Shown: positions 48,243-57,700 of the stretch, one piece after another | Layout of the letters: each line of letters opens with the position of its first letter | Position numbering within the stretch: position 1 is the first letter of the stretch | IMG/VR virus record: IMGVR_UViG_3300035145_002905 | Span: 1-57,700 of that record | Length of the DNA stretch: 57,700 nucleotides | Origin: a virus | Lineage: Duplodnaviria; Caudoviricetes | Strand: one strand, 5' to 3' | Made by a program: the position numbers and the translations under genes | The notes under the pieces: generated by a model | The model's input: the letters and a program-made list of their open reading frames with translations, nothing else | Database searches by the model: none | What the model was told of the DNA's origin: nothing

Positions 48243-48643
48243 TGTATAAAAGAGGAATAATAGCTGGAAATTTTGATGTAATCCATCCAGGTTACATAAA
48301 AATGTTTAAAGAATGTAAATCATATTGTGAAGAGTTTGGTATATTTTTACATACCGACCCATCAATTGAAAGACCACATAAATTAAAACCTATATTAAGT
48401 GTAGATGAAAGAACAGAAATATTACAATCAATAAAATATATTGATTATATTCAATACTATACTTATGAAGATGAATTAGTAGAATTATTAGTTAGAGATA
48501 AACCAGATATTAGATTTTTAGGAGATGATTACAGAGGTAAAACGTACACTGGTTTTGAATTAGATATTCCAATTCATTATTTAAATAGAGACCATGGGTG
48601 GAGTACAACTAAGTTTAAAAAATTAATTTCTGAAACAATATGA
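48239..48643 (+). CDS. Cytidylyltransferase (TagD-like)
   Basis: GNFDVIHPGY, ER, GDDY, WSTT. Confidence 0.82.
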   Translation: MMYKRGIIAGNFDVIHPGYIKMFKECKSYCEEFGIFLHTDPSIERPHKLKPILSVDERTEILQSIKYIDYIQYYTYEDELVELLVRDKPDIRFLGDDYRGKTYTGFELDIPIHYLNRDHGWSTTKFKKLISETI

Positions 48644-50109
48644 AGATAGGTGTATGTGTACCATATAGAAATCGAGAAGCTCACATGAAAGAGTTTATAC
48701 CTGCAATCGGTGATTATTTAGAATCACAGGGTATTGAATATGGAATCTATTTAGGACATCAATGTGATAAACATTTATTCAATAGAGGTGCAATGAAAAA
48801 TGTTGCAGCAAAACACGCATTTGAAGATGGATGTGATTACATTGTTTGGCATGATATTGATATGATACCTGAAAAGGGTTGTGATTATTCTTTTCCAAAA
48901 GAACATCCTATTCATATTGCAACAAATATATCTCAAATGGATTACAAACTAAAGTATGAAGAATACTTTGGTGGGGCAGTTTTATTTTCAAAAGAACAAG
49001 TAGAGGCAACAAATGGATATTCAAATGATTATTGGGATTGGGGAATGGAAGATGATGATTTATTTTGGAGATGTGTACTTGAAGGATATGCAAATGATTC
49101 TTACATGAAATCTACTTCTGCAGAGCAAAACTATTTTCACTTTAATGGTAAAAATTCTTATATAGAAATACCAACATCACCACAGTTAAGAAATTTAACA
49201 TCAAGGTCTCATACAGTATCAGTTTTAGTTAGGGCACAACAACAAGAAGAAAAAGTTCCTATTTGGTTAGTAGGTGATGAGGATAGAAGATTTTGTGAGT
49301 ATCCTATTTTAAGGAGACCTGGTTATGATTGGGGATTGAGTTACAATAATTCAAGAGCATATACTGGTATATTATGGAATCACAAATCAGAAAACTTTTA
49401 TCAATGGATGAAACGATATGAGAATCAATGGAGTTGGGTAACATTATCAGTAGATGTTGAAAATAATAAAATCCATTTTTACTTAAATGGTAAAGAATCT
49501 GATGCAAGACACGGTCATGGAACACATTCACCACAACCATTTGATGGTAAACTAAAAAGATATGGTTCTGCACCATATTTTATTGGAACAACAACTTCAG
49601 CTGCTGCAAAGGATGTAAACAAGTTTTTTAAAGGTGATATTGCCAAAGTAATGATGTGGGATAGAAAATTAGAAGAAAAAGAAATTCAAAATATATATAA
49701 GAGACCAGTAAAAGATGGATTGCAATTATTCTATGATTTTAACTCAGGTACAGCAAAAGATTTGAGTGGTATGGATAATCATGGTAGAATTGTTAATTGT
49801 GAAAAAAAGAGAGATGTTATAAAAATTCCTTACACAATTATTCCACATAGGATACCTGGTAGATTAAAATGTTTACCTCATAAAGATGAAGGATTAACAA
49901 AAGATGAAAATGGTAATCAAATATGGGCAAAAGGTAGAACAACAGCAAGAAATGAAAGAAGATATGTTCTTCAAATGCAACAAGGTACTTGGGATTACAA
50001 ATCAGATGGTATCAAACAATTAGAATATGAATTGTTAGAAACTGTTGTAATAAATCAAAAGTACAATGCAAAACTTATAAATGTAAAATTAGATGGCAGA
50101 CAAGGATAA
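48640..50109 (+). CDS. Second GT7-like enzyme with inserted LamG/ConA domain
   Basis: VPYRNR, FNRG, HDID, YFGGA, NGYSNDYWDWGMEDDD; FKGDIAKVMMWDRKL. Confidence 0.85.
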   Translation: MKIGVCVPYRNREAHMKEFIPAIGDYLESQGIEYGIYLGHQCDKHLFNRGAMKNVAAKHAFEDGCDYIVWHDIDMIPEKGCDYSFPKEHPIHIATNISQMDYKLKYEEYFGGAVLFSKEQVEATNGYSNDYWDWGMEDDDLFWRCVLEGYANDSYMKSTSAEQNYFHFNGKNSYIEIPTSPQLRNLTSRSHTVSVLVRAQQQEEKVPIWLVGDEDRRFCEYPILRRPGYDWGLSYNNSRAYTGILWNHKSENFYQWMKRYENQWSWVTLSVDVENNKIHFYLNGKESDARHGHGTHSPQPFDGKLKRYGSAPYFIGTTTSAAAKDVNKFFKGDIAKVMMWDRKLEEKEIQNIYKRPVKDGLQLFYDFNSGTAKDLSGMDNHGRIVNCEKKRDVIKIPYTIIPHRIPGRLKCLPHKDEGLTKDENGNQIWAKGRTTARNERRYVLQMQQGTWDYKSDGIKQLEYELLETVVINQKYNAKLINVKLDGRQG

Positions 50110-51541
50110 TAAAGAATTAGAAAAAGAAGTAAAAGGAACTATCGGTGGTGATAATCCATTTTACTTAAATGTTCGTGATACTTTAAATAAACAAGGTTGT
50201 GGAATGTGTTTAGCAAAATGGACACAAGTTACACTTCACTTACAGTTAGGACATACGCATTCTTGTCACCACCCTAAAACTCACCCTATCTCTACAAAAG
50301 AAATTGCAAGAAATCCATCTGCACTTCATAATACAAGATACAAAAAACTTCGTAGAAAAGAAATGTTAAATGGAGAGAGACCAGAAGAATGTGATTATTG
50401 TTGGGGTGTAGAAGATAACTCAGATAGATTCTCAGATAGAACTTTTAAATCAGGTGAATCTTGGTCTTGGCCATTTGCTGAAGAAATAATGGCATTAGAT
50501 TGGAGACATGATTATAATCCAAAATATGTTGAAGTTGCTTTTTCAAATGCTTGTAATTTTAAATGTTCATATTGTGGGCCTGCATTTTCAACGCAACATA
50601 TGGAAGAAATCAAAAAGTATGGTGCGTATCCTACTACTGATAAGTTCAATTCTTTAGAGTGGGCAAAACAAGAAAACAAAATGCCAATTCCACAATCACA
50701 AGAAAATCCATATGTAGAAGCATTTTGGAAATGGTGGCCCGATTTGTATAGAGATTTACATACATTCAGAATAACTGGTGGTGAACCTTTAATGAGTAAA
50801 GATACATGGGGAGTGTTAGATTATATTATCAATGAAAAAAACCCAAATAGAAATCTTAAACTAGCAATAAACTCAAACTTAGGTATACCTGATAAATTAG
50901 TAGATAGATTTATTGATAAAATAAATAAAATTTGTGATGAAGATAGAGTAGATGAATTTATTATCTTTACTTCAGTTGATGGTTGGGGAGAACAAGCAGA
51001 ATACATTAGAAATGGATTAGAGTTTAACAGATTTTGGGATAATGTAAATAAAATATTTACCAAATGTCCTAGAGTGAATGTAACTTTTATGGTAACATAC
51101 AATGCACTATCAGTTCCGACATATCATAAGTTAATTGATGGAGTTTATGACCTCAAACAAACATATGGTTCATCTGATAGGTTTTGGAAATCTGCATCAT
51201 TTTTAGATACATCTTACTTAAGATATCCAACACACCAAACAGTTCAAGTATTACCAGATGGATGGGAAAAGGCAGTTTATCAACAAGCAAAACAAGCAGA
51301 TTTCTTAGGAGTACCTGTATTTGATTATAGTTACATTGGATATTCTGATATTGAAATTCAAAAAATTAAAAGAACATATGATTGGATGATTGCACCGGTT
51401 GATGAAGATAGATTAAAAACTCAAAGAAGAAACTTTGGACATTATTTTAGAGCACATGATGAAAGAAGAGGAACTGATTTTTGTAAAACATTTCCAGAGT
51501 TTGCAGATTTTTACCACGATTGTTTAAATATTAAGTTATGA
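50093..51541 (+). CDS. Radical SAM protein with N-terminal Cys-rich (twitch/SPASM-like) region
   Basis: CNFKCSYC, TGGEP, CLAKW...SCHH...CDYCW. Confidence 0.88.
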   Translation: MADKDNKELEKEVKGTIGGDNPFYLNVRDTLNKQGCGMCLAKWTQVTLHLQLGHTHSCHHPKTHPISTKEIARNPSALHNTRYKKLRRKEMLNGERPEECDYCWGVEDNSDRFSDRTFKSGESWSWPFAEEIMALDWRHDYNPKYVEVAFSNACNFKCSYCGPAFSTQHMEEIKKYGAYPTTDKFNSLEWAKQENKMPIPQSQENPYVEAFWKWWPDLYRDLHTFRITGGEPLMSKDTWGVLDYIINEKNPNRNLKLAINSNLGIPDKLVDRFIDKINKICDEDRVDEFIIFTSVDGWGEQAEYIRNGLEFNRFWDNVNKIFTKCPRVNVTFMVTYNALSVPTYHKLIDGVYDLKQTYGSSDRFWKSASFLDTSYLRYPTHQTVQVLPDGWEKAVYQQAKQADFLGVPVFDYSYIGYSDIEIQKIKRTYDWMIAPVDEDRLKTQRRNFGHYFRAHDERRGTDFCKTFPEFADFYHDCLNIKL

Positions 51542-52263
51542 TAGATTTTAATGGAGATAGTTGTTACTTTGTTGTACCAGAAAGTAAATATGGACTTTCA
51601 GAAATAGTACCAAAATATGTAACTAATAAAAATTTTACTTTTTGTGTACAATGTAAGCCAGATTGGGATAATATGGTTGAAGGAGAAATATCCGCAGAAG
51701 GTGGATTAGTTATGAAGAATGGTCAACACATGGGAATATCTTGTTTTGTAAATAGTGGAATGAGGTTTTTTAGGGCAACACTATGGGTTCAAGATAGAAA
51801 AGGATTTATAACTTGTATAGAAAAACAATTACCAGTAACAGAAGAAAGTAAAGATAAAGAATACTTTATAACATTTAGACACGATATACGAAAGAAAAAA
51901 ATTGTTATTGGAAACTACGATTATTTCGAAGAATTAGAGTATCCTGCTGCATCACCAATTGATTATTCAAATTCTTGGTTGTGGGTTGGAGCAGCAAATG
52001 CTTTTAAAACTTGTGCAATAGAACATAGACAATATTTTAGAGGAAGTATATCTTACGTTAGTGTTCATTCTGAGTATTTGAGTAATTTAGATATCAAAAA
52101 GATTTATGGAAATACGACATCCATATCAGAACTTAAAAAATTACAAAACGAGAATACAGTATTGTTTTCAGATTTAAAAATAAGAACACCATATAAGATA
52201 TTTGATAATAGTGATAATGGTAATCATTTAATTGTATATGATGAAAAATGGCTAGAAAGTTAA
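51538..52263 (+). CDS. Stand-alone LamG/ConA-like protein
   Basis: IDFNG, LWVGA, FRGSISYV, DNSDNGNH, like the GT7 inserts. Confidence 0.6.
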   Translation: MIDFNGDSCYFVVPESKYGLSEIVPKYVTNKNFTFCVQCKPDWDNMVEGEISAEGGLVMKNGQHMGISCFVNSGMRFFRATLWVQDRKGFITCIEKQLPVTEESKDKEYFITFRHDIRKKKIVIGNYDYFEELEYPAASPIDYSNSWLWVGAANAFKTCAIEHRQYFRGSISYVSVHSEYLSNLDIKKIYGNTTSISELKKLQNENTVLFSDLKIRTPYKIFDNSDNGNHLIVYDEKWLES

Positions 52264-53618
52264 ATGATATAAAATTCGTATTCGATTATAAAACACCTAC
52301 TGGTTACTTAGGGTTCGGATATACAAAACAAGAGATACCTGATATATTTGAATTACTAAATAGAGAAAGATTCGAATTACACCCACTTGCATTTATAAAA
52401 AGAAATAAATGGAGTAAAAATGTAGTATGGGTACAAGGACAATATGTACCACAACTATTAGACCCACCATATAATATAGAAGCAAAAACAACATTTGATG
52501 TAAATGATGAATTCAATGAGAATGATTTTTATCTTCTACCAATAGAATCAGTATATCATGAGAATCCACCTTTTGATTATATCGGAGAAGAAACATTCAA
52601 TATCTCAGAAATGTTTTCAAAGAAATTATTAGACCTTATAAAAACAAAACCAAATGTTAGAATATTTTTTGTAGATTCAAGAGAAGGAGATTATTTAATT
52701 CCTCAAAAAGTATATTCTAAAATTATAAAATGGTTAGATGATAACAATGTAAATCATCTTGGTAAGTTTATATTTTCAACTTTAAATGATAAAGAAAAAT
52801 ACAACATACCAAATGATTCAAGATTACAATTTTTTAACAACGAACATTATATTACTCTTGCAGGTGGTCATGTTACATCTTGTTTGAAAAATGATGAGGC
52901 AGTTAGAAACGATAGAGAAAGAGATAATTACAATTACGATATTAGACATACTTGGGAAGATAGGAATGTTAAAAAACATTTTAATATGATGAATCGTAAT
53001 CCAGATAGATTACATAGACCGTATTTTATTGGAAGATTAATTCAAGAAAATATATTTGATAAAGGATTTATATCTTTATTTAAACCAGATGATAAGTTTG
53101 CTACTTTTAATTTTAATTCTGATGTATATAAATGTGTACAAGATACATTTCCATATCATTTGGATGAAACAGATTCAGAAAGAGTTTCTCAATTTCATAA
53201 CTATCTATCAGTAAATACTCCATATGTTGAATCTTTATTTACAATTGTAGGTGAAACAAACGCAAATTCTGATTGTGTATTTATAACTGAAAAAACATTG
53301 AAACCAATTATGAATCTTCATCCATTTTTTGTAGTTGGTAATCCACATATTTTAAAAAAATTAAAAGAATTAGGATTTAAAACATTTGACTGTATTTGGG
53401 ATGAATCATATGATAATGAATTAGATTTAAATACACGAATTGAGAAGATTATTTCAGAGGTAAAAAAACTTACTAACATTTCTTTAGAAGAATTACACGA
53501 AAAAATTCAGAAAACTAAAAATATATGTATATATAATAGGGAGTGGTTGGTAAAACTACATCATAAAAACTTAAAATACCAAAACTTAAAAAAATGTTTA
53601 CAGAAACCAGTTATATAA
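52248..53618 (+). CDS. Glycosyltransferase-like hypothetical protein
   Basis: RLHR; ITEKTLKP...LGFKTF...DESYD. Confidence 0.55.
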   Translation: MARKLNDIKFVFDYKTPTGYLGFGYTKQEIPDIFELLNRERFELHPLAFIKRNKWSKNVVWVQGQYVPQLLDPPYNIEAKTTFDVNDEFNENDFYLLPIESVYHENPPFDYIGEETFNISEMFSKKLLDLIKTKPNVRIFFVDSREGDYLIPQKVYSKIIKWLDDNNVNHLGKFIFSTLNDKEKYNIPNDSRLQFFNNEHYITLAGGHVTSCLKNDEAVRNDRERDNYNYDIRHTWEDRNVKKHFNMMNRNPDRLHRPYFIGRLIQENIFDKGFISLFKPDDKFATFNFNSDVYKCVQDTFPYHLDETDSERVSQFHNYLSVNTPYVESLFTIVGETNANSDCVFITEKTLKPIMNLHPFFVVGNPHILKKLKELGFKTFDCIWDESYDNELDLNTRIEKIISEVKKLTNISLEELHEKIQKTKNICIYNREWLVKLHHKNLKYQNLKKCLQKPVI

Positions 53619-54583
53619 ATGTTTTAATCACAGGTGGAGCTGGATATTTAGGTTCTGTTATTGCAGAACAATTACTCAATTCAGGTCAAATAAATAAATT
53701 AGTTATCTATGATAACTTAATGTATAACCAAACATCTCCAATAATTCATTCACATAGAAAAAACTTTGAATTTGTTTATGGTGATGTAAGAAATCATGAA
53801 CAATTATTACCGTATGTTGAAGAAGCAGATGTAATTATTCCTCTTGCTGCAATAGTTGGATTTCCTGCATGTGATAGAGATAAAGATTTAGCAACTGCAA
53901 TAAATTATACTCATGTTAAGTTTATATGTGATAACCTAAAAGATAATCAGAAAATATTATACCCAAATACTAATAGTGGATATGGAATAGGAGAGAATGG
54001 TGAGTGTACTGAGGAGAGTCCACTTAACCCCATTTCCCACTATGGGGTTACCAAAGTAAATGCAGAACAAGAGATTCTGAAGAAGGGTGGTATTTCTTTA
54101 AGACTTGCCACCGTCTTTGGTACATCTGCAAGAATGAGAATGGATTTATTAGTGAACGAATTCGTATATAAAGCATTATCTGATAAATACATTACAATCT
54201 TTGAAAAAAACTTTGTAAGAAACTATATACACATCAGAGATGTTGCGTTTGCATTTAGATTTATGATTGAAAGATATAATGAATATAGTGGAGAGGCATT
54301 CAATGTAGGATTATCAAATGCAAATTTAAGTAAACAACAACTTGTAGAAAAAATTAAAGAATATGTACCAGATTTTGCAATCACATATTCAGATTATTAT
54401 CAAGACCCAGATAAAAGAGATTATATAGTATCAAATAAAAAAATTGAATCAACTGGTTGGGGCCCATTGTACTCACTAGATGATGGAATAGTAGAATTAA
54501 TTAAAACATACAAAATATTAATTTCTGATTTAAGTTCTAAATACAGAAATGGATTTCCTTTAAGTTATGGCAATAGGACGTAG
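53594..54583 (+). CDS. NAD-dependent sugar epimerase/dehydratase
   Basis: TGGAGYLG, YGVTK, RNYIHIRD. Confidence 0.92.
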   Translation: MFTETSYINVLITGGAGYLGSVIAEQLLNSGQINKLVIYDNLMYNQTSPIIHSHRKNFEFVYGDVRNHEQLLPYVEEADVIIPLAAIVGFPACDRDKDLATAINYTHVKFICDNLKDNQKILYPNTNSGYGIGENGECTEESPLNPISHYGVTKVNAEQEILKKGGISLRLATVFGTSARMRMDLLVNEFVYKALSDKYITIFEKNFVRNYIHIRDVAFAFRFMIERYNEYSGEAFNVGLSNANLSKQQLVEKIKEYVPDFAITYSDYYQDPDKRDYIVSNKKIESTGWGPLYSLDDGIVELIKTYKILISDLSSKYRNGFPLSYGNRT

Positions 54584-55172
54584 TATATATTACAAAGAAA
54601 GAAGTTGGAATGATTTTCACTTTTACTCATCAGAAATCTTAACTGGTGGAGTAAAAATAGTGCAACCATCTGTATATCATGAACCAAGAGGAGAAATATC
54701 TACAATATATCATTCAGATTATTACGATAGATTATTACCAGTACAAGAAAGACAAGATGGAGTAGAATTTAAACACGATAGATACTCTAAATCAGAAGAA
54801 GGAGTTTTACGAGGATTACATTATGATGATAAAACATGGAAACTTGTTTCATGTTTGACTGGTAAGATTTATTTAGTAGTTTTAGATGTAAGAGAAGGAA
54901 GTATAAATAGAAATCCACAATATGGAAGTTGGGAAACCTACATACTTTCACCTTCAACACAAACACAAGTATTAATCCCACCGGGATTTGCCAATGGACA
55001 TTATGTAATGGAGAAAAATTCAGTTTTTTATTACAAATTAGCATACAAAGGTGAGTTTAACGATGTAGATAAACAAGAAACAATAAAATGGAATAGTAAA
55101 AAGTTCAATATAGAATGGCCTTGTACTAATCCGATAATTTCAAAAAGAGATGCAAATGGAAAAGATTCTTAA
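54567..55172 (+). CDS. rmlC: dTDP-4-dehydrorhamnose 3,5-epimerase (RmlC-like cupin)
   Basis: RG, GVLRGLHY, KLVSC, IPPGFANGH. Confidence 0.85.
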   Translation: MAIGRSIYYKERSWNDFHFYSSEILTGGVKIVQPSVYHEPRGEISTIYHSDYYDRLLPVQERQDGVEFKHDRYSKSEEGVLRGLHYDDKTWKLVSCLTGKIYLVVLDVREGSINRNPQYGSWETYILSPSTQTQVLIPPGFANGHYVMEKNSVFYYKLAYKGEFNDVDKQETIKWNSKKFNIEWPCTNPIISKRDANGKDS

Positions 55173-55797
55173 TTTAGATTATCACGAAGATAGATGGACT
55201 GCTAGTAACCTATCAGTTCAAGAACTCATTGATTTCGAAGATGATATCATATCACATTGGGAAAATGGAGAAATCAGAGGACCAATTCATTTATCAAATG
55301 GTAATGAAGAACAACTAATAAAAATATTTAATAAAATTGCAGTTGAAGATTGGGTATTTTCAACTTGGAGGTCTCACTATCATGCACTTTTACATGGTGT
55401 TGAACCATCTGTACTCAAACAAAAAATATTAGATGGTAAATCAATTACAATCGTAGATAAAGAATGTAAATTTTATTCATCCGCGATAGTAACTGGTACT
55501 TTACCAATATCTTTAGGTGTTGCAAAAGCATTAAAACAGAAAAATAGTAAAGATAAGGTTTGGGTTTTCTTAGGTGATATGGCATTTGAAAGTGGTATCT
55601 TCTATGAAGTTCACAAATATGCAAGAAACTATGATTTACCACTTCACTTTGTGGTAGAAGATAATGGTGTTAGTACAAACACACCAACATTAGATACATG
55701 GAATGGTAAACAGAGAGAAATACCAGAAGATGTAATTTATTATAAGTATGAATCGAAGTACCCACATTATGGTACTGGTAAATGGGTAGTATTTTAA
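55150..55797 (+). CDS. TPP-dependent dehydrogenase/transketolase E1-alpha-like subunit (short)
   Basis: HLSNGNE, RSHYH, GDM...EDN TPP motif. Confidence 0.85.
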   Translation: MQMEKILNLDYHEDRWTASNLSVQELIDFEDDIISHWENGEIRGPIHLSNGNEEQLIKIFNKIAVEDWVFSTWRSHYHALLHGVEPSVLKQKILDGKSITIVDKECKFYSSAIVTGTLPISLGVAKALKQKNSKDKVWVFLGDMAFESGIFYEVHKYARNYDLPLHFVVEDNGVSTNTPTLDTWNGKQREIPEDVIYYKYESKYPHYGTGKWVVF

Positions 55798-56738
55798 TGA
55801 ACACAAAAGGAATGATATTAGTAACAGGTTGTAGTGGGTTAGTTGGAACTCATTTATGCAACAAATTAGAAGAATATGGATATTCGGTTGTAGGTGTTGA
55901 TATAAAATATTCACCTGCACTACCAGATAGTGATAGATTTCAATATCACAATATTGATTTGAGAGATGCAGATGATGTTAGAGTTTTATTTGACCAATAT
56001 GAATTTACTGGTGTGATAAACTCGTTTGGAATCAAAGGTTCACCTGTTAGGGCAAAAGAAAGACCTATTGATTTCTTAGAACCATCAATTAAAGTAAACA
56101 CAAACATAATTGATAATTGTGTAAGACAAGATATTTGGTTAGTGTTCATGAGTTCAGTAGGAGTTTATGAACCGGCTGAAGTATTTGTAGAAGATACAGT
56201 ATGGAATACACTACCATCACCAAACGATTGGTTTCCATCTTGGAGTAAAAGAATACCTGAACTTTATTTAGAAGCATTTAAAGTACAAGAAAAATATGAA
56301 AAGTTTACAATCGTAAGACCAGCAAATATTTTTGGTGAATATGATAACTTCGGTGAAGGTGCAACTGTAATCGGAGCAACTTGTAGAAAAGTTTACGAAT
56401 CAGATGGTGAGATTGAGGCATGGGGAGATGGTACACCAACAAGAGATTTCATATACGCTGGAGATGTTGCTGATGGTTGTATTAAGTGTTTAGAGAACGA
56501 ATTACACATTACTACTAACTTGGGTAGTGGAGAAGAAATATCTATCAAGAGAATGATTGAAACAGTTGCTAGTGTTAGTGGTAAACAAATAAAAATTAAT
56601 TGGGACACAAGTAAACCCAATGGTGATATGAGAAGAAGAATGAGTACTGAGGTACAAAAAGAATTCGGACTATTACCGAAACTTGGTTTTAAAGAAGGTA
56701 TAAAAAATACATACGGTTATTATGAAAAAACAAGATAA
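55797..56738 (+). CDS. GDP-L-fucose-synthase-like extended SDR
   Basis: TGCSGLVG, RPANIFG, WGDGTPTRDF, KPNG; start set at MNTKG (TAATG coupling). Confidence 0.85.
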   Translation: MNTKGMILVTGCSGLVGTHLCNKLEEYGYSVVGVDIKYSPALPDSDRFQYHNIDLRDADDVRVLFDQYEFTGVINSFGIKGSPVRAKERPIDFLEPSIKVNTNIIDNCVRQDIWLVFMSSVGVYEPAEVFVEDTVWNTLPSPNDWFPSWSKRIPELYLEAFKVQEKYEKFTIVRPANIFGEYDNFGEGATVIGATCRKVYESDGEIEAWGDGTPTRDFIYAGDVADGCIKCLENELHITTNLGSGEEISIKRMIETVASVSGKQIKINWDTSKPNGDMRRRMSTEVQKEFGLLPKLGFKEGIKNTYGYYEKTR

Positions 56739-57700
56739 GATTTTAGTTACAGGAGCAAGTGGGTTTATCGGCTCACGATTGTTAAAAATGTTATATAAAA
56801 ATGGTTACACAAACCTAAGGTCAACTAGTTGGTCTAGGGAGTTACGCCAAGATTTTGATGGTTATGAGAATGTGGAGCATGTTAATGGAGATTTAAGAGA
56901 AGCATCTTTCTGTGAAAATATTACAAAAGATGTGGATGTTGTTTTTCATTGTGCTGCGAATACGTCCAACGCTTTGGATACTAGGGTAAATCCACTACTC
57001 CATGTAACACCTAATGTAGAAATGAATACAAATCTTATGGAACAAAGTTGGAGAAACAAAGTTCGTAAGTTTATGTTTATTTCTTCTAATACAACATATC
57101 CAGATGTTGGTGATGAATATTGTACAGAGGATATGAACGTACAAACACCAAACATATATCCAGTCTACAAAGCAGTAGGTTGGATGAAGAGATATGGAGA
57201 AACTCTTTGTGAGTTCTTTTCTAATCAAATACATGACCCGATGCAATGTGTAATTATCAGACCATCTAATTCGTTTGGACCAAATGACAAATACGATTTT
57301 GAGAAATGTCATGTTACACCAGCAAATATCAGAAAGGTAGCAGATAATTTAAATCCAATTCCACTATGGGGTGATGGTACTGAGGTAAGAGATATCATTC
57401 ATGTTGATGATATGGTTAGTGGATTCATATGTGTTGCAGAGAATGTAGATACTTATGATATCTACAATGTATGTTATGGAAAAGGACATACTGTAATGGA
57501 AGTGTTAGAACTTATCAAAGAGATTGAGGGGAACGACAATCCAATTGAGTTTGTAAACAATAAAGCACCGATGATTCCAAAGAGATTATTATCAAATGAG
57601 AAACTAACTAAACTTGGTTGGAAACCAAAGTACGATTTAAGAAGTGGTTTAGAAGATGCCATTAATTGGTATAAGGAACATCGTCATGAATATGACCCTA
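56722..57700 (+). CDS. Second extended SDR epimerase/reductase (runs off window; not in ORF track)
   Basis: Translated by hand: MKKQDKILVTGASGFIG...RPSNSFGP...WGDGTEVRD; no stop before window end. Confidence 0.85.
   Translation, partial: MKKQDKILVTGASGFIGSRLLKMLYKNGYTNLRSTSWSRELRQDFDGYENVEHVNGDLREASFCENITKDVDVVFHCAANTSNALDTRVNPLLHVTPNVEMNTNLMEQSWRNKVRKFMFISSNTTYPDVGDEYCTEDMNVQTPNIYPVYKAVGWMKRYGETLCEFFSNQIHDPMQCVIIRPSNSFGPNDKYDFEKCHVTPANIRKVADNLNPIPLWGDGTEVRDIIHVDDMVSGFICVAENVDTYDIYNVCYGKGHTVMEVLELIKEIEGNDNPIEFVNNKAPMIPKRLLSNEKLTKLGWKPKYDLRSGLEDAINWYKEHRHEYDP

Noticed and set aside
712-57662. Many short minus-strand and nested alternative-frame ORFs in the track (e.g. 25425-26168, 18330-18689, 20320-20691, 40890-41231)
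   Set aside because: They lie within long, motif-bearing + strand genes and are shadow ORFs with no recognisable motifs
1-57700. CRISPR array, tRNA, rRNA, intron, intein, transposase
   Set aside because: No repeat-spacer pattern, intergenic gaps are too short, and core genes such as thyA, primase and Mre11-Rad50 appear uninterrupted; not verified by covariance search
1-57700. Stop-codon reassignment as in some large Bacteroidota phages
   Set aside because: Standard code gives near-complete coding density, and TAA, TAG and TGA all end genes at sensible boundaries

Overview
AT-rich, densely coding segment of a large tailed (myovirus-like, probably jumbo) bacteriophage genome, almost entirely on the + strand in the standard code. 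TTGG-N19-TATATT promoters and BACON-like domains suggest a Bacteroidota host (inference). Order: auxiliary and metabolic genes (UvsE, ThyA, 2OG oxygenase, peptide deformylase, lysozyme-like protein, gp55-like sigma factor, carbamoyltransferase); a baseplate/tail module (spike, gp25- and gp6-like wedges, 2180-aa protein); two sulfotransferase-like genes around a GIY-YIG nuclease; primase; a fused Mre11-Rad50; a 1956-aa tail fibre; then a >13 kb glycan-biosynthesis island that runs off the window. Best candidate for a novel system is virion glycosylation: about 50 [S/T]-G-S tripeptides concentrated in five structural proteins, next to two GT7 galactosyltransferase-like enzymes with an inserted LamG/ConA lectin domain, sulfotransferases and other sugar-modifying enzymes. 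Other notable signals: a TATTTATA late-promoter motif (exact reverse complement of the T4 late promoter), a BACON domain apparently split across two genes, and a Pho-box-like triple repeat. All family calls come from motif recognition by eye, not database searches.
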